A stretch of DNA of 64,000 bases from Candidatus Parvarchaeota archaeon (GTDB lineage Archaea; Nanobdellota; Nanobdellia; B33-G15), in assembly GCA_017608385.1 (NCBI GenBank), contig JAFCFZ010000001.1, positions 8,734-72,733 on the forward strand, read 5' to 3'. This document shows, in pieces, positions 1 through 7,789 of this stretch. A program made the position numbers and the translations under genes. The notes under the pieces are model-generated. The model did no database searches. It was not told the DNA's origin and saw nothing but the letters and a program-made list of their open reading frames with translations. Numbering within the stretch: the stretch's first letter is position 1; every line of letters starts with the position of its first letter.

Positions 1-552
1 TCCAAATCCACTTCCTGAAGGAGATACTGTAATTGTTTCGGTTTCAAATCCTCTAGCTCTTTGAAGCCATGCTCTTGACATGTAACCATGAATAGGTTGA
101 CCAACCATATATCCTGAAACAAGAATCTTGTTTCTTATCAAATATTCCGCAGATGTAGAATTTTTCATATAAATTCTATCTCCTCCCATCAAAACTTCAT
201 AATTAATATTCTCTGCCATCAAAGGTTCAAGAAAAGATTCTGTGAGATTCCATGCATCTTGATTCATACTTTCTACCCATAAACTTCCTAATAAATCTAA
301 AACGCTTCTATCATAATCATTAATTTTTATGTAATCTCTTAAAATTAAGTCTTGAATAATTGGATTACTTATGATATCTGAAATCTCTGTTTTTTGCAGC
401 ATGGAGAGCGCATCACTCGCTGTTTTGAAATGAGTAGTATAAGTTTTAGTGGGAGTATTGGGAGTATATTGAGTTGAAATGTACATCATAGTTGAACTTA
501 TCAAAACCATCATTGCAAATAAAAGATCTATCATTGCAACTTGTGATTTCAT
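1..552 (-). CDS. Class III signal peptide (type IV pilin-like) protein, partial because the 3' end runs off the window; last gene of a 4-gene pilin operon
   Basis: Minus-strand ATG at 552..550 overlaps the stop of the upstream ORF (ATGA). The N-terminus MKSQVAMIDLLFAMMVLISS has a basic residue, then S-Q, then a hydrophobic helix with an acidic residue about +5 from Q, which is the prepilin pattern. The ORF stays open to position 1. Confidence 0.5.
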   Translation of the reverse strand, partial: MKSQVAMIDLLFAMMVLISSTMMYISTQYTPNTPTKTYTTHFKTASDALSMLQKTEISDIISNPIIQDLILRDYIKINDYDRSVLDLLGSLWVESMNQDAWNLTESFLEPLMAENINYEVLMGGDRIYMKNSTSAEYLIRNKILVSGYMVGQPIHGYMSRAWLQRARGFETETITVSPSGSGFG

Positions 553-1058
553 CTCCAAACCTCCATTTGCATTTTTGCGGGAATGTTTTCTGTTTCATTA
601 TCTAAAAGAAAAAATCTATAGATTGGAATAAGGATGTATGGATCTGAAGGAGGATTTCCTTTTGTATAATTTATTTGGGTAGTGTAATTAAAAACAGAGG
701 TAATATTTATGAAAAGATTGTATCCAGAAAGGCCAATGCTAGAGATAATGTTATTGGTACTCACATTCATCAACATATCCAACTTATTTTTTGAAACAAC
801 AAAATTTTCTTTTTCTAGACCTAGTTGGATATAATCTGAATCAGTCCAATTAGAAGGAACTCCTTCTGTTCTTAACAATAATTCAGATGAATAAACTGCC
901 CTATCATAAAGTTCATTTTTTTCTATTTTCTGATTTTTTTGATCGACAGTAGAATAAACTGATGAATTCAAAAAAATAATGAGGGTCATGAAAATAACTA
1001 CAGCAATGATTACTTCAAATGTAAATATTTGTGCTTTACGAGATGATAATAGTCCCAT
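549..1058 (-). CDS. Type IV pilin-like protein (class III signal peptide)
   Basis: The N-terminus MGLLSSRKAQIFTFEVIIAVVIFMTLIIF has K-A-Q followed by a hydrophobic helix with an E. Its start overlaps the upstream gene by 23 bp and its stop overlaps the next ATG, so the genes look translationally coupled. Several N-x-T/S sites are present. Confidence 0.5.
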   Translation of the reverse strand: MGLLSSRKAQIFTFEVIIAVVIFMTLIIFLNSSVYSTVDQKNQKIEKNELYDRAVYSSELLLRTEGVPSNWTDSDYIQLGLEKENFVVSKNKLDMLMNVSTNNIISSIGLSGYNLFINITSVFNYTTQINYTKGNPPSDPYILIPIYRFFLLDNETENIPAKMQMEVWR

Positions 1059-1431
1059 TTTGATTACTCACCCAATTTTTTCCTTTTGAAAGGATTCCTG
1101 ATATAGATTTAGCAACTATTTCTTTAGAAATGATATTTCCTCTAAAACTAATCAAAACTAAATCATTAGAAAGAGAAATATTGTATTTCTCCCCTAACAA
1201 ATATTCATCAATATAAAGAGTGGATGAAAATCCATCCCCTTCAAAAACAACTGTATTTATCCTTTCAACGGTTTTATCAAGGATTTGACTTGCTCTTAAT
1301 CCAATCACTGAATAACTATAATCTATTGTTTTTAGATATGAAGCAGTTGTTATCGCAATACTACCCAAAAATAGAACTGAAATAAGGATAATTATTTCCA
1401 TTCCTAATTGTGATTTAGTAGAGAGAGACAT
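1036..1431 (-). CDS. Type IV pilin-like protein (class III signal peptide)
   Basis: The N-terminus MSLSTKSQLGMEIIILISVLFLGSIAI has K-S-Q, then E at +5 and a hydrophobic segment. It overlaps both neighbouring genes. Confidence 0.5.
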   Translation of the reverse strand: MSLSTKSQLGMEIIILISVLFLGSIAITTASYLKTIDYSYSVIGLRASQILDKTVERINTVVFEGDGFSSTLYIDEYLLGEKYNISLSNDLVLISFRGNIISKEIVAKSISGILSKGKNWVSNQNGTIIIS

Positions 1432-1819
1432 TCACATATCCTCCTTCTGCCTTGATTTTTAGAAGATATTCTCCTTTACTTATTGGAACAGAAATAGTGA
1501 TATTAAAATTTGTATCAGAAAATATCTCAGAAACTCCTGCAGGAGTACTTACATAAACAGAAAGGGTACTTCCTGTTGAATTTATGTTCACTACATTTGA
1601 AGGAACATGAATTCTTAATGGAATTGTAGCTGGACTTCCTTGAGTATAAACAAATTCAGCAGCATCTCGGACTCCATCAACAAAATCTTGAGCATAATTA
1701 ATAGATATTTGATAGCCTAAGCCATTTGAATAATTAAATAAGTATACCCAAAGAGGAGTTAAAATCAATAAAAACCCAAAAACAATACTCATATACTCTA
1801 TAGAGACTTGTGATTTCAT
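1415..1819 (-). CDS. Type IV pilin-like protein of the euryarchaeal QxSxE[FY] type; first gene of the operon
   Basis: The N-terminus MKSQVSIEYMSIVFGFLLILTPL has the QVSIEY motif typical of EppA-processed pilins, followed by a hydrophobic helix. The remaining 134 aa are beta-rich and carry N-glycosylation sequons. Confidence 0.55.
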   Translation of the reverse strand: MKSQVSIEYMSIVFGFLLILTPLWVYLFNYSNGLGYQISINYAQDFVDGVRDAAEFVYTQGSPATIPLRIHVPSNVVNINSTGSTLSVYVSTPAGVSEIFSDTNFNITISVPISKGEYLLKIKAEGGYVNVSLY

Positions 1820-1892
1820 TCAAACGTTATTCCTCATGGCTGAGATTTAAATATGTCGAAAAGATTTAAAGAACTCATGATGTAATTACTTT

Positions 1893-3335
1893 ATGAGGTT
1901 TTTATCACTCCCTGTGATTTTACTTTTGATAATTGGGATTGCTTTTTCAAGTCCTGCTCTTTTTGGATTCACAATATTATCAGATAAACAGTCCTATGTT
2001 CCAAATGATACAGTGAATTTGCAAAATATTGTTCTTTATGGTGTTGATAATCCTGCTTATGGAGCTAATGTCACAATACATCTTTATGATCCTAACAGAC
2101 TTTCTTTTCTGAATTCCTCTTGTTCTACTGATGAAAATGGAATTTGTAATGTGAATTTTACACTAGGTAATGAATTGGGCTATTGGATTGTAAATGGAAT
2201 TACCGAATTATCTGGAAATAGCATAATGAGTGTTATTCTTCTTGATATTCATGAGGAAATTTGTGGGGATGGGTATTGTGATATTAATGAACCTGGAAAT
2301 TGTGAATTAGACTGTGGAAAAATGAATGGGGGTGTTTGTTCATTAGATCAAGAATGTTATTCTGAATCTTGTTGTCATGGAATATGTAGAGATGATTGTC
2401 CTCATTGTGGGGATGGGTATTGTGATTCAGGGGAAATTTGTGTTTCTGATTGTGGAGAAGACATAGATACTGTAATTGAAGAAATGACTTCTTCTGGTTG
2501 GGGTTTCTTTGTAAGTGTTGGAATGAAAATTCATTCTGAGACATATTTTCAAACCTCTCAAAATTCAATATTAGAATTCGAAGTAGTTGTTGAAAATTTA
2601 GTTAACTCAACTAAAGAAGGAGTTTATCTCAGATTCGAAGGTGTCTCAGATCCTAATTTCTTTCCTGAAATAACTGATATAAATCCCTTAACAAATCAAT
2701 CCTTTGTTGTTTCCATTCCAATCTTATCTGGAGAAGATTTAGGAAATAAAACAATTGAAATGATTGCTGTTTCAAATAGATCTGTAAGTAATAGAGTGGA
2801 TATCACAATAAATGTGATTGAGACAGAATTTGATTCTCTTTTTAATTGCGTATTACAAGAATGTGAAATTCTTTGTTGTGAAAATTATGTTTGTTGTGAA
2901 GGTGTTTGTAGAACCTCTTGTCCTTATTGTGGAGATGGAATTTGTTCAATTGGAGAAAATTGTTTGTGTTCTGATTGTAATTCTTGTGAAAACAGTGAAA
3001 TTACAGGAAACAAAGAAGAAGCAGAGTCCAAAATCACTCAAGCAGAACTAGCAATTCAAAATGCTTTTGTTTATGTTTTTCAATTAATGATACAAGAATC
3101 TAAAGATTTCCTAGAAATTGCTAAGAATAATTTTGTGATATTTGATTATTCTCAATCAATTGTAATGGCTAACAATTCTCTAGAAACAACAAACAAAACC
3201 CAAATTTATGAATTCCTAAGTTATGGGAGTGTTGTACTCCTTTTCAGCTTGTTTTTCATCAACAAGTTTTATAAATCTCGAAATCAATCAAGAAAATATG
3301 GCAAAAGTATCAGTAAAAGGAAATCTAGGCGTTAA
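1893..3335 (+). CDS. Secreted cysteine-rich repeat surface protein with a C-terminal TM anchor
   Basis: An N-terminal signal or TM helix (LPVILLLIIGIAF) is followed by three CGDG[YI]C...DCG cysteine-rich modules (EEICGDGYCDINEPGNCELDCG, CPHCGDGYCDSGEICVSDCG, CPYCGDGICSIGENCLCSDC). The C-terminus has a hydrophobic helix and a basic tail (VVLLFSLFFINKFYKSRNQSRKYGKSISKRKSRR). There are many N-x-S/T sites. Confidence 0.55.
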   Translation: MRFLSLPVILLLIIGIAFSSPALFGFTILSDKQSYVPNDTVNLQNIVLYGVDNPAYGANVTIHLYDPNRLSFLNSSCSTDENGICNVNFTLGNELGYWIVNGITELSGNSIMSVILLDIHEEICGDGYCDINEPGNCELDCGKMNGGVCSLDQECYSESCCHGICRDDCPHCGDGYCDSGEICVSDCGEDIDTVIEEMTSSGWGFFVSVGMKIHSETYFQTSQNSILEFEVVVENLVNSTKEGVYLRFEGVSDPNFFPEITDINPLTNQSFVVSIPILSGEDLGNKTIEMIAVSNRSVSNRVDITINVIETEFDSLFNCVLQECEILCCENYVCCEGVCRTSCPYCGDGICSIGENCLCSDCNSCENSEITGNKEEAESKITQAELAIQNAFVYVFQLMIQESKDFLEIAKNNFVIFDYSQSIVMANNSLETTNKTQIYEFLSYGSVVLLFSLFFINKFYKSRNQSRKYGKSISKRKSRR

Positions 3336-3984
3336 AAAGCCATTAGTTCTTGTCGGATTTTATAGTCCTGGTTTAATTGGAACCTTAGTTTCACAATATC
3401 TTGCTAAAAGAACCAAAGCAAACCAAATAGGTCATTTAGAAACAGAACTTCCTCCTGTTGCTATGATATCTAAAGGTAAGGTAGAACATCCTATAAGAAT
3501 TTACAGTGTGAAAAAAAAGAATATGATCATTATCTCATCAGAATTACCTATCCCTCCAAACAATGCAGATGCTATAGCAAAAAGTATTGTAGAATGGGTC
3601 AAAAAAATAAATGGAGAAATAATTTGTATTGAAGGAATGATGGCAAAAAAAGCAGATAAATTATTTATGGTAACTTCTAAAAAGAATCTTAAAACAAATA
3701 TCCAATCTTTAGGAGAGGGAATTATAATGGGTATAACTGGTGCTCTTTTATTAAATTCTTCAGAAAAGAATGTTCCAACTACATGTATTGTTGCAGAAAC
3801 AGAATCACTAATGCCTGATGGAAAAGTTTCTGCTAAGGTAATTGAAAAAATGAATGAATTATTCAAATGGAATATTGATGTTGCTCCCTTATTAAAAGAA
3901 ACTCTATTATTTGAAAAGAAAATGAAGGAAATGCCTCAAATGAGAAAACCACAGTCTTCTGAGATGGGAAGATTATATGGTTAA
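3298..3984 (+). CDS. PAC2-family proteasome assembly chaperone (PbaA-like)
   Basis: Taking the internal ATG at 3298 (MAKVSVKGN), the sequence KKPLVLVGFYSPGLIGTLVSQYL...ELPPVAMISKGKVEHPIRIY matches the conserved PAC2 N-terminal pattern. The C-terminus ends ...RLYG, which resembles the HbYX motif used for proteasome docking. Confidence 0.55.
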   Translation: MAKVSVKGNLGVKKPLVLVGFYSPGLIGTLVSQYLAKRTKANQIGHLETELPPVAMISKGKVEHPIRIYSVKKKNMIIISSELPIPPNNADAIAKSIVEWVKKINGEIICIEGMMAKKADKLFMVTSKKNLKTNIQSLGEGIIMGITGALLLNSSEKNVPTTCIVAETESLMPDGKVSAKVIEKMNELFKWNIDVAPLLKETLLFEKKMKEMPQMRKPQSSEMGRLYG

Positions 3985-4334
3985 CATATCTGTTCTATTT
4001 CTGTACCATTAACTAACATAACTTCACATGGAAAATATGCTGAACAATTATTTTTACAATAATCGAGAGTGATCAAATAATTTATGTTAAATCCTGCAAG
4101 AAAAATTTGTCTCATTTCAAAACAGTCATTTCTACATTTGTTCTCTAAATCTGAATTATATGTATTTATACATCCTGTATATTCTGAACTCATACAACAA
4201 AGATTGTAATCAAATGAGCAACAAAGCCTTTCATTTACAAATCCACAATTAAAGTAAGTTAGACTTATAAACAAGACAAGAGGAATTGAGAAGAGTAATA
4301 AAAGTATTCCAAAAAGAAATGGTTTAAGTTTCAT
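3981..4334 (-). CDS. Small secreted cysteine-rich protein
   Basis: An N-terminal signal-like helix (MKLKPFLFGILLLLFSIPLVLFISL) is followed by a 90-aa domain with about 13 Cys. I did not recognise a family. Confidence 0.35.
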   Translation of the reverse strand: MKLKPFLFGILLLLFSIPLVLFISLTYFNCGFVNERLCCSFDYNLCCMSSEYTGCINTYNSDLENKCRNDCFEMRQIFLAGFNINYLITLDYCKNNCSAYFPCEVMLVNGTEIEQIC

Positions 4335-4383
4335 AAAATTTAGAATAAGCCCATATTTAAAATGTTTTTCAATTCAGAAAGGT

Positions 4384-4391
4384 TTAAAAGA
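4384..4391 (+). promoter_or_regulatory. Putative archaeal TATA box for the 5S rRNA gene
   Basis: TTTAAAAG is centred about 24-28 nt upstream of the predicted 5S start and is preceded by a purine-rich BRE-like stretch (AAAGG). Confidence 0.4.
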
Positions 4392-4411
4392 ATAAAGGAA
4401 GGTATAATTTT

Positions 4412-4528
4412 TGCCCACGGTCATAGTTTTGGGGGAAACACCCGTTCCCATTTCGAACACGGAAGTTAAGCCCCAAAGCGTTATTGGGTGTACTGTCTAA
4501 CGACGGGAAACCAGTGAGCTGTGGGCAC
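4412..4528 (+). rRNA. rrf: 5S ribosomal RNA, stand-alone and not linked to 16S/23S
   Basis: The sequence contains the conserved 5S core ...GGTCATAG...CCCGTTCCCATTTCGAACACGGAAGTTAAGCCCC...GTACTG.... The terminal helix pairs 5' TGCCCACGG with 3' CTGTGGGCA. The region is GC-enriched relative to its flanks and is about 117 nt long. Confidence 0.85.
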
Positions 4529-4558
4529 TCTTATATATCTGATTTGATAATTTTTTTT

Positions 4559-4816
4559 ATGGCCAATCCATATGAAGAGGTTAAGAGATTGTTTGACCTA
4601 GCTAAAAAAAATCCAAACAATACTAAATATATCGAAACAGCTAGAGAGATCATGAAAAAGCAGAGAAAAGCCCTTCCAAAAGAACTCTCTGATAAATTCT
4701 GCAAAAAATGCAATATCTACTTTATTCCTGGTAAAAACTGTAAAGTTAGAATATCTAACAAATCAGTTTTCATTCATTGTGAAAAATGCAATACACTCAA
4801 AAGAATAAAAGCATAG
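4559..4816 (+). CDS. rnp4: RNase P protein component 4 (Rpp21/Rpr2 zinc-ribbon protein)
   Basis: I trimmed the ORF to the internal Met (MANPYEEVKRLFDLAKK) because the upstream part overlaps the 5S rRNA. A basic N-terminal helix and C-terminal CKKCNIYFIPGKNCKVRI...CEKCNTLKRI match the Rpp21 zinc-ribbon pattern. Confidence 0.6.
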   Translation: MANPYEEVKRLFDLAKKNPNNTKYIETAREIMKKQRKALPKELSDKFCKKCNIYFIPGKNCKVRISNKSVFIHCEKCNTLKRIKA

Positions 4817-4854
4817 CAAAAGATTTAAAACATGTTTTGATTTAAGGAGTTTAT

Positions 4855-5289
4855 ATGGTTACAGTCAATGATGTTCAAGGAAAAGAATTAGTAGACCTTC
4901 TTGGGGTAAAAATGAAGTCTATAAAGGAAATAAGTCCTCCAGAATGGTCTAAATTTGTTAGAACAGGACTTCACAAACAAAGACCACCTGTTCAAGAAGA
5001 CTGGTGGTTTACTAGATGTGGAGCTATTTTAAGAACTATTTATGTTCATGGCCCAACAGGGGTTGAAAGATTAAGAACAAAGTATGGTGGTAGAAAGGAT
5101 AGGGGTGTCAGAAAAGAACACTTCAAAAAAGGAAGTGGAAATATAATCAGAAAGTGTTTACAGCAATTAGAAACTGCTGAATTGATTGAAAAAGATAAAA
5201 AAGGGAGAAAAATAACCAAAAAAGGAATGAAACTTGTAGACAAAACTGCCATGGAGTTGATTAAAAATGCAGGAAAATCAACAAAATGA
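4855..5289 (+). CDS. rps19e: Ribosomal protein S19e
   Basis: The motifs PEWSKFVRTG, DWWFTRCGAILRTIY, GVERLRTKYGG, HFKKGSGNIIRKCLQQLE are characteristic of S19e. Confidence 0.85.
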   Translation: MVTVNDVQGKELVDLLGVKMKSIKEISPPEWSKFVRTGLHKQRPPVQEDWWFTRCGAILRTIYVHGPTGVERLRTKYGGRKDRGVRKEHFKKGSGNIIRKCLQQLETAELIEKDKKGRKITKKGMKLVDKTAMELIKNAGKSTK

Positions 5290-5503
5290 ACAGATAAAAA
5301 GAATGATTTTGTTTAAGTTTTTGACAAAAAAAGCAAGGGAAAGAATTAATATCGTTCGTTCAGCAAATCCCAAACTTGCTCAATCAGCTGAAATGGCAAT
5401 AATCGCTGCTATTCAAAAAGGAACAGAGAAAGTTGATGATGAAGAGTTAAAAAAGCTCCTCCAAATACTTTCACAAAAGAGAAAAACCAAAATAAAGATG
5501 TAA
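5267..5503 (+). CDS. PDCD5/TFAR19-like dsDNA-binding protein
   Basis: The pattern ILxxxLTxKARERINIVRSANPKLAQSAEMAIIAAIQKG...LKKLLQIL matches the PDCD5 family. It sits in the conserved S19e-PDCD5-L39e-L31e order. Confidence 0.6.
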   Translation: MQENQQNEQIKRMILFKFLTKKARERINIVRSANPKLAQSAEMAIIAAIQKGTEKVDDEELKKLLQILSQKRKTKIKM

Positions 5504-5504
5504 A

Positions 5505-5675
5505 ATGGCAAGAAACAAGAGAAAATCCGTGAAAACAAGACTTCTGAAAGCAGGGAAGATAAATAGACCCGCTACTTATTGGGCTATTGTTAGGAAATTT
5601 GGAAAAAGAGGACACAGATGGAGATTAAACCCTCAAGCTAGAAGACATTGGAGGAAAGATAAAATTAAGGTGTGA
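5505..5675 (+). CDS. rpl39e: Ribosomal protein L39e (56 aa, too short for the ORF track)
   Basis: ATG at 5505 gives MARNKRKSVKTRLLKAGKINRPATYWAIVRKFGKRGHRWRLNPQARRHWRKDKIKV with TGA at 5673-5675. It is very basic and fits the L39e pattern. Confidence 0.75.
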   Translation: MARNKRKSVKTRLLKAGKINRPATYWAIVRKFGKRGHRWRLNPQARRHWRKDKIKV

Positions 5676-5677
5676 AT

Positions 5678-6124
5678 ATGAAAGAAGGAGAAACAAGGCT
5701 ATACACTGTACCATTAAGAAGAGGGTATATGAAAAAACCCATTTGGAAAAAGACAAATGCAGCGGTTAAAACATTAAAAGCATTTCTCATAAGACATACT
5801 AAAATGGAGCCTAAGATACTAAGGGAATTAAATGAATATTTATGGTTAAGGGGAAATAAAAGGCCTCCAACAAGGGTTAAGATTAAGACTCTTATAAAAG
5901 ATGGTTTTGTTTATGCTAATTTAGAAGATAAAGAGATAATTATTGAGGAAAAGGAAGAGAAGAAAGACAAGACAAAAGAAGAAAAGAAGAAGGAAAAAGA
6001 AAAGAAGAAGGAAGAGAAAGGAGATAAGACAAAAGACGCTCCTGCACCAAAAATAAAGGAGAAAACAATTAGAGCATCCCCACAAAAAGGTATTAAAAGA
6101 AGGGTCATTCCTAAAAAAGAGTAG
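5678..6124 (+). CDS. rpl31e: Ribosomal protein L31e with a Lys/Glu-rich C-terminal extension
   Basis: MKEGETRLYTVPLRRGYMKKPIWKKTNAAVKTLKAFLIRHT...YLWLRGNKRPPTRVKIK is an L31e core. The last 60 aa are low-complexity (KEEKKDKTKEEKKKEKEKKKEEKGDKTKDAPAPK). Confidence 0.8.
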   Translation: MKEGETRLYTVPLRRGYMKKPIWKKTNAAVKTLKAFLIRHTKMEPKILRELNEYLWLRGNKRPPTRVKIKTLIKDGFVYANLEDKEIIIEEKEEKKDKTKEEKKKEKEKKKEEKGDKTKDAPAPKIKEKTIRASPQKGIKRRVIPKKE

Positions 6125-6132
6125 GTGTTATT

Positions 6133-6309
6133 ATGTTTCTAGTAAAAGGAGAATATCAAAAAGGGAAGGAGAGAATTACATTTAATATGGTTGTTAATGA
6201 AAAAGATGAGAAGAAAATTCATGAAAAGGTCCTCTCAGAAATTGGAGGAAATCATAAAGTAAGGAGAAATAAAATCAAAATTAATGGGGTTGAGAAAATT
6301 GGTAAGTGA
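6133..6309 (+). CDS. rplX: Ribosomal protein LX (L18Ae/L20A family), 58 aa, not in the ORF track
   Basis: ATG at 6133 gives MFLVKGEYQKGKERITFNMVVNEKDEKKIHEKVLSEIGGNHKVRRNKIKINGVEKIGK with TGA at 6307-6309. Both the pattern (MxxVKGxY...GxNHxVKR...I) and the position between L31e and prefoldin alpha fit LX. Confidence 0.55.
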   Translation: MFLVKGEYQKGKERITFNMVVNEKDEKKIHEKVLSEIGGNHKVRRNKIKINGVEKIGK

Positions 6310-6721
6310 GATACCTAAAGGATTATCACAGGAAGAAATTCAAAACAAAGCAGTAGAAATGGAAATGTTAAGGCAGAATATGCAGCAATTAGATCAACAA
6401 TTGATTGCATTAGAAACAAGAAAAATGCAAATTGAAGAAGTTTTGAAGGCAATTACTCAAATAAAGGGTGGAGAAGACATTTTACTCCCATTAGGTCCTG
6501 GTTTCTTTATTAAAGGTAATTTGAAGAAAACTGACAAAGTTATTGTTGCGGTTGGAGCTAATATGGCTCTTGAGAAGAGGATGTCTGAATCAAAAGATGA
6601 CATTGAAAAGAATTTGAAGGAAATTGATAAGATATCTAATAATCTTAAATCTGAATTATTAAGAGCTTCTGAACATATGGAAGAAACACAGAAAATCCTA
6701 ATAAAGTACTATGGCGGTTAA
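6284..6721 (+). CDS. pfdA: Prefoldin alpha subunit; start codon uncertain (6284 overlapping rplX, or internal Met at 6356)
   Basis: The protein has two long heptad coiled-coil arms (MLRQNMQQLDQQLIALETRKMQIEEVLKAI ... EKNLKEIDKISNNLKSELLRASEHMEE) flanking a beta hairpin (LLPLGPGFFIKGNL...VIVAVGANMALE). It lies in the conserved position upstream of ftsY. Confidence 0.65.
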   Translation: MGLRKLVSEIPKGLSQEEIQNKAVEMEMLRQNMQQLDQQLIALETRKMQIEEVLKAITQIKGGEDILLPLGPGFFIKGNLKKTDKVIVAVGANMALEKRMSESKDDIEKNLKEIDKISNNLKSELLRASEHMEETQKILIKYYGG

Positions 6722-7748
6722 AATGCTAGGATTTCTGAAAAAAAAGCTGAAGAATGCTGTTGAAGAAGTTAAAAAAAAGGTAGGGTCTGAAACTCCTGAG
6801 GAAGTTAAGCCAAAGATTTCTAAGAAAGCTCCAAAAATTTCAAAAAAGCCTGTTTCTAAAAAACAAGTCAGAAAAGAAGTTATCGAAGAAGAGACTCAAA
6901 AATTAGGCTTTCGTGAAAGGGTTAAACAAAGATTCATTAAAAAAATAAGTGCCTCTGAATTTGAAGAAATATTTTTCGAGTTTGAGATGGCTCTTTTAGA
7001 GAATAATGTTGCTCAAGAAGTTGTAGAAAAACTAAAATTAGATATGAAAAAGGAATTTGTTGGAGAAGAAACTAAAAAAAGGAGAACACTAGAAAAAGTG
7101 ATACTTGACTCATTTAATGAGATCCTTATTGAAGGTAAATTTAAGATCCCAACCAAAAAGCCCTTTGTTTGTATGTTTATTGGAGTAAATGGTGTTGGTA
7201 AAACAACAAGTATGGCTAAGTTAGCATATTATCTCCAAAAAAAGAAGAAAAAATTGGTTTTTGCTGCATCTGATACTTTTAGAGCTGCTTCTATTGAACA
7301 ACTAGAAAAACATGGAAACAAACTAAAAATAAAGGTGATAAAACATAGTTATGGGGCAGATGCTGCTGCGGTTTCATTTGATGCAATAAACTATGCTAAA
7401 AAACATAATCTTAATTTTGTTCTTATAGACACTGCTGGGAGAATGCATTCTAACAAAAATCTAATGGATGAACTAAAGAAAATTAAAAGAGTTTCCAATC
7501 CTGATTTTGTGTTTTTTGTTGCTGATTCATTAACTGGAAATGATGCAGTTAATCAAGCTAAAACATTCAATGAAGAAATAGGATTTGATGGAATCATTCT
7601 AACTAAATCTGATGTTGACCAAAAAGGTGGAGCTATTATCTCAGTAAGTTACGTCACTGGAAAACCAATATATTTCCTTGGGATGGGACAAAATTACAAA
7701 GATTTGAAACCTTTCAAGAAGCAAGAGATCTTGAATAAAATAATTTAA
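6711..7748 (+). CDS. ftsY: Signal recognition particle receptor FtsY
   Basis: A Lys-rich N-terminal region is followed by an NG domain with GVNGVGKTTSMAKLA, DTFRAAS, DTAGR, LTKSDVDQKGG. Confidence 0.85.
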   Translation: MAVKMLGFLKKKLKNAVEEVKKKVGSETPEEVKPKISKKAPKISKKPVSKKQVRKEVIEEETQKLGFRERVKQRFIKKISASEFEEIFFEFEMALLENNVAQEVVEKLKLDMKKEFVGEETKKRRTLEKVILDSFNEILIEGKFKIPTKKPFVCMFIGVNGVGKTTSMAKLAYYLQKKKKKLVFAASDTFRAASIEQLEKHGNKLKIKVIKHSYGADAAAVSFDAINYAKKHNLNFVLIDTAGRMHSNKNLMDELKKIKRVSNPDFVFFVADSLTGNDAVNQAKTFNEEIGFDGIILTKSDVDQKGGAIISVSYVTGKPIYFLGMGQNYKDLKPFKKQEILNKII

Positions 7749-7789
7749 ATTAGTACAACGCCAGGAGCAGGATTTGAACTTTAACGAAC

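Noticed and set aside
2284-3051. Track ORFs 2284..2568(-) and 2818..3051(+) inside the Cys-rich surface protein gene
   Set aside because: They are embedded in or antisense to a long, well-supported ORF and are products of low GC. Similar antisense ORFs inside ppsA, cysS, hel308, secD, thermosome and others were disregarded for the same reason.
4484-4558. N-terminal extension of the rnp4 ORF (MGVLSNDGKPVSCGHSYISDLIIFF)
   Set aside because: It overlaps the 3' half of the 5S rRNA gene on the same strand. The true start is most likely the internal Met at 4559.
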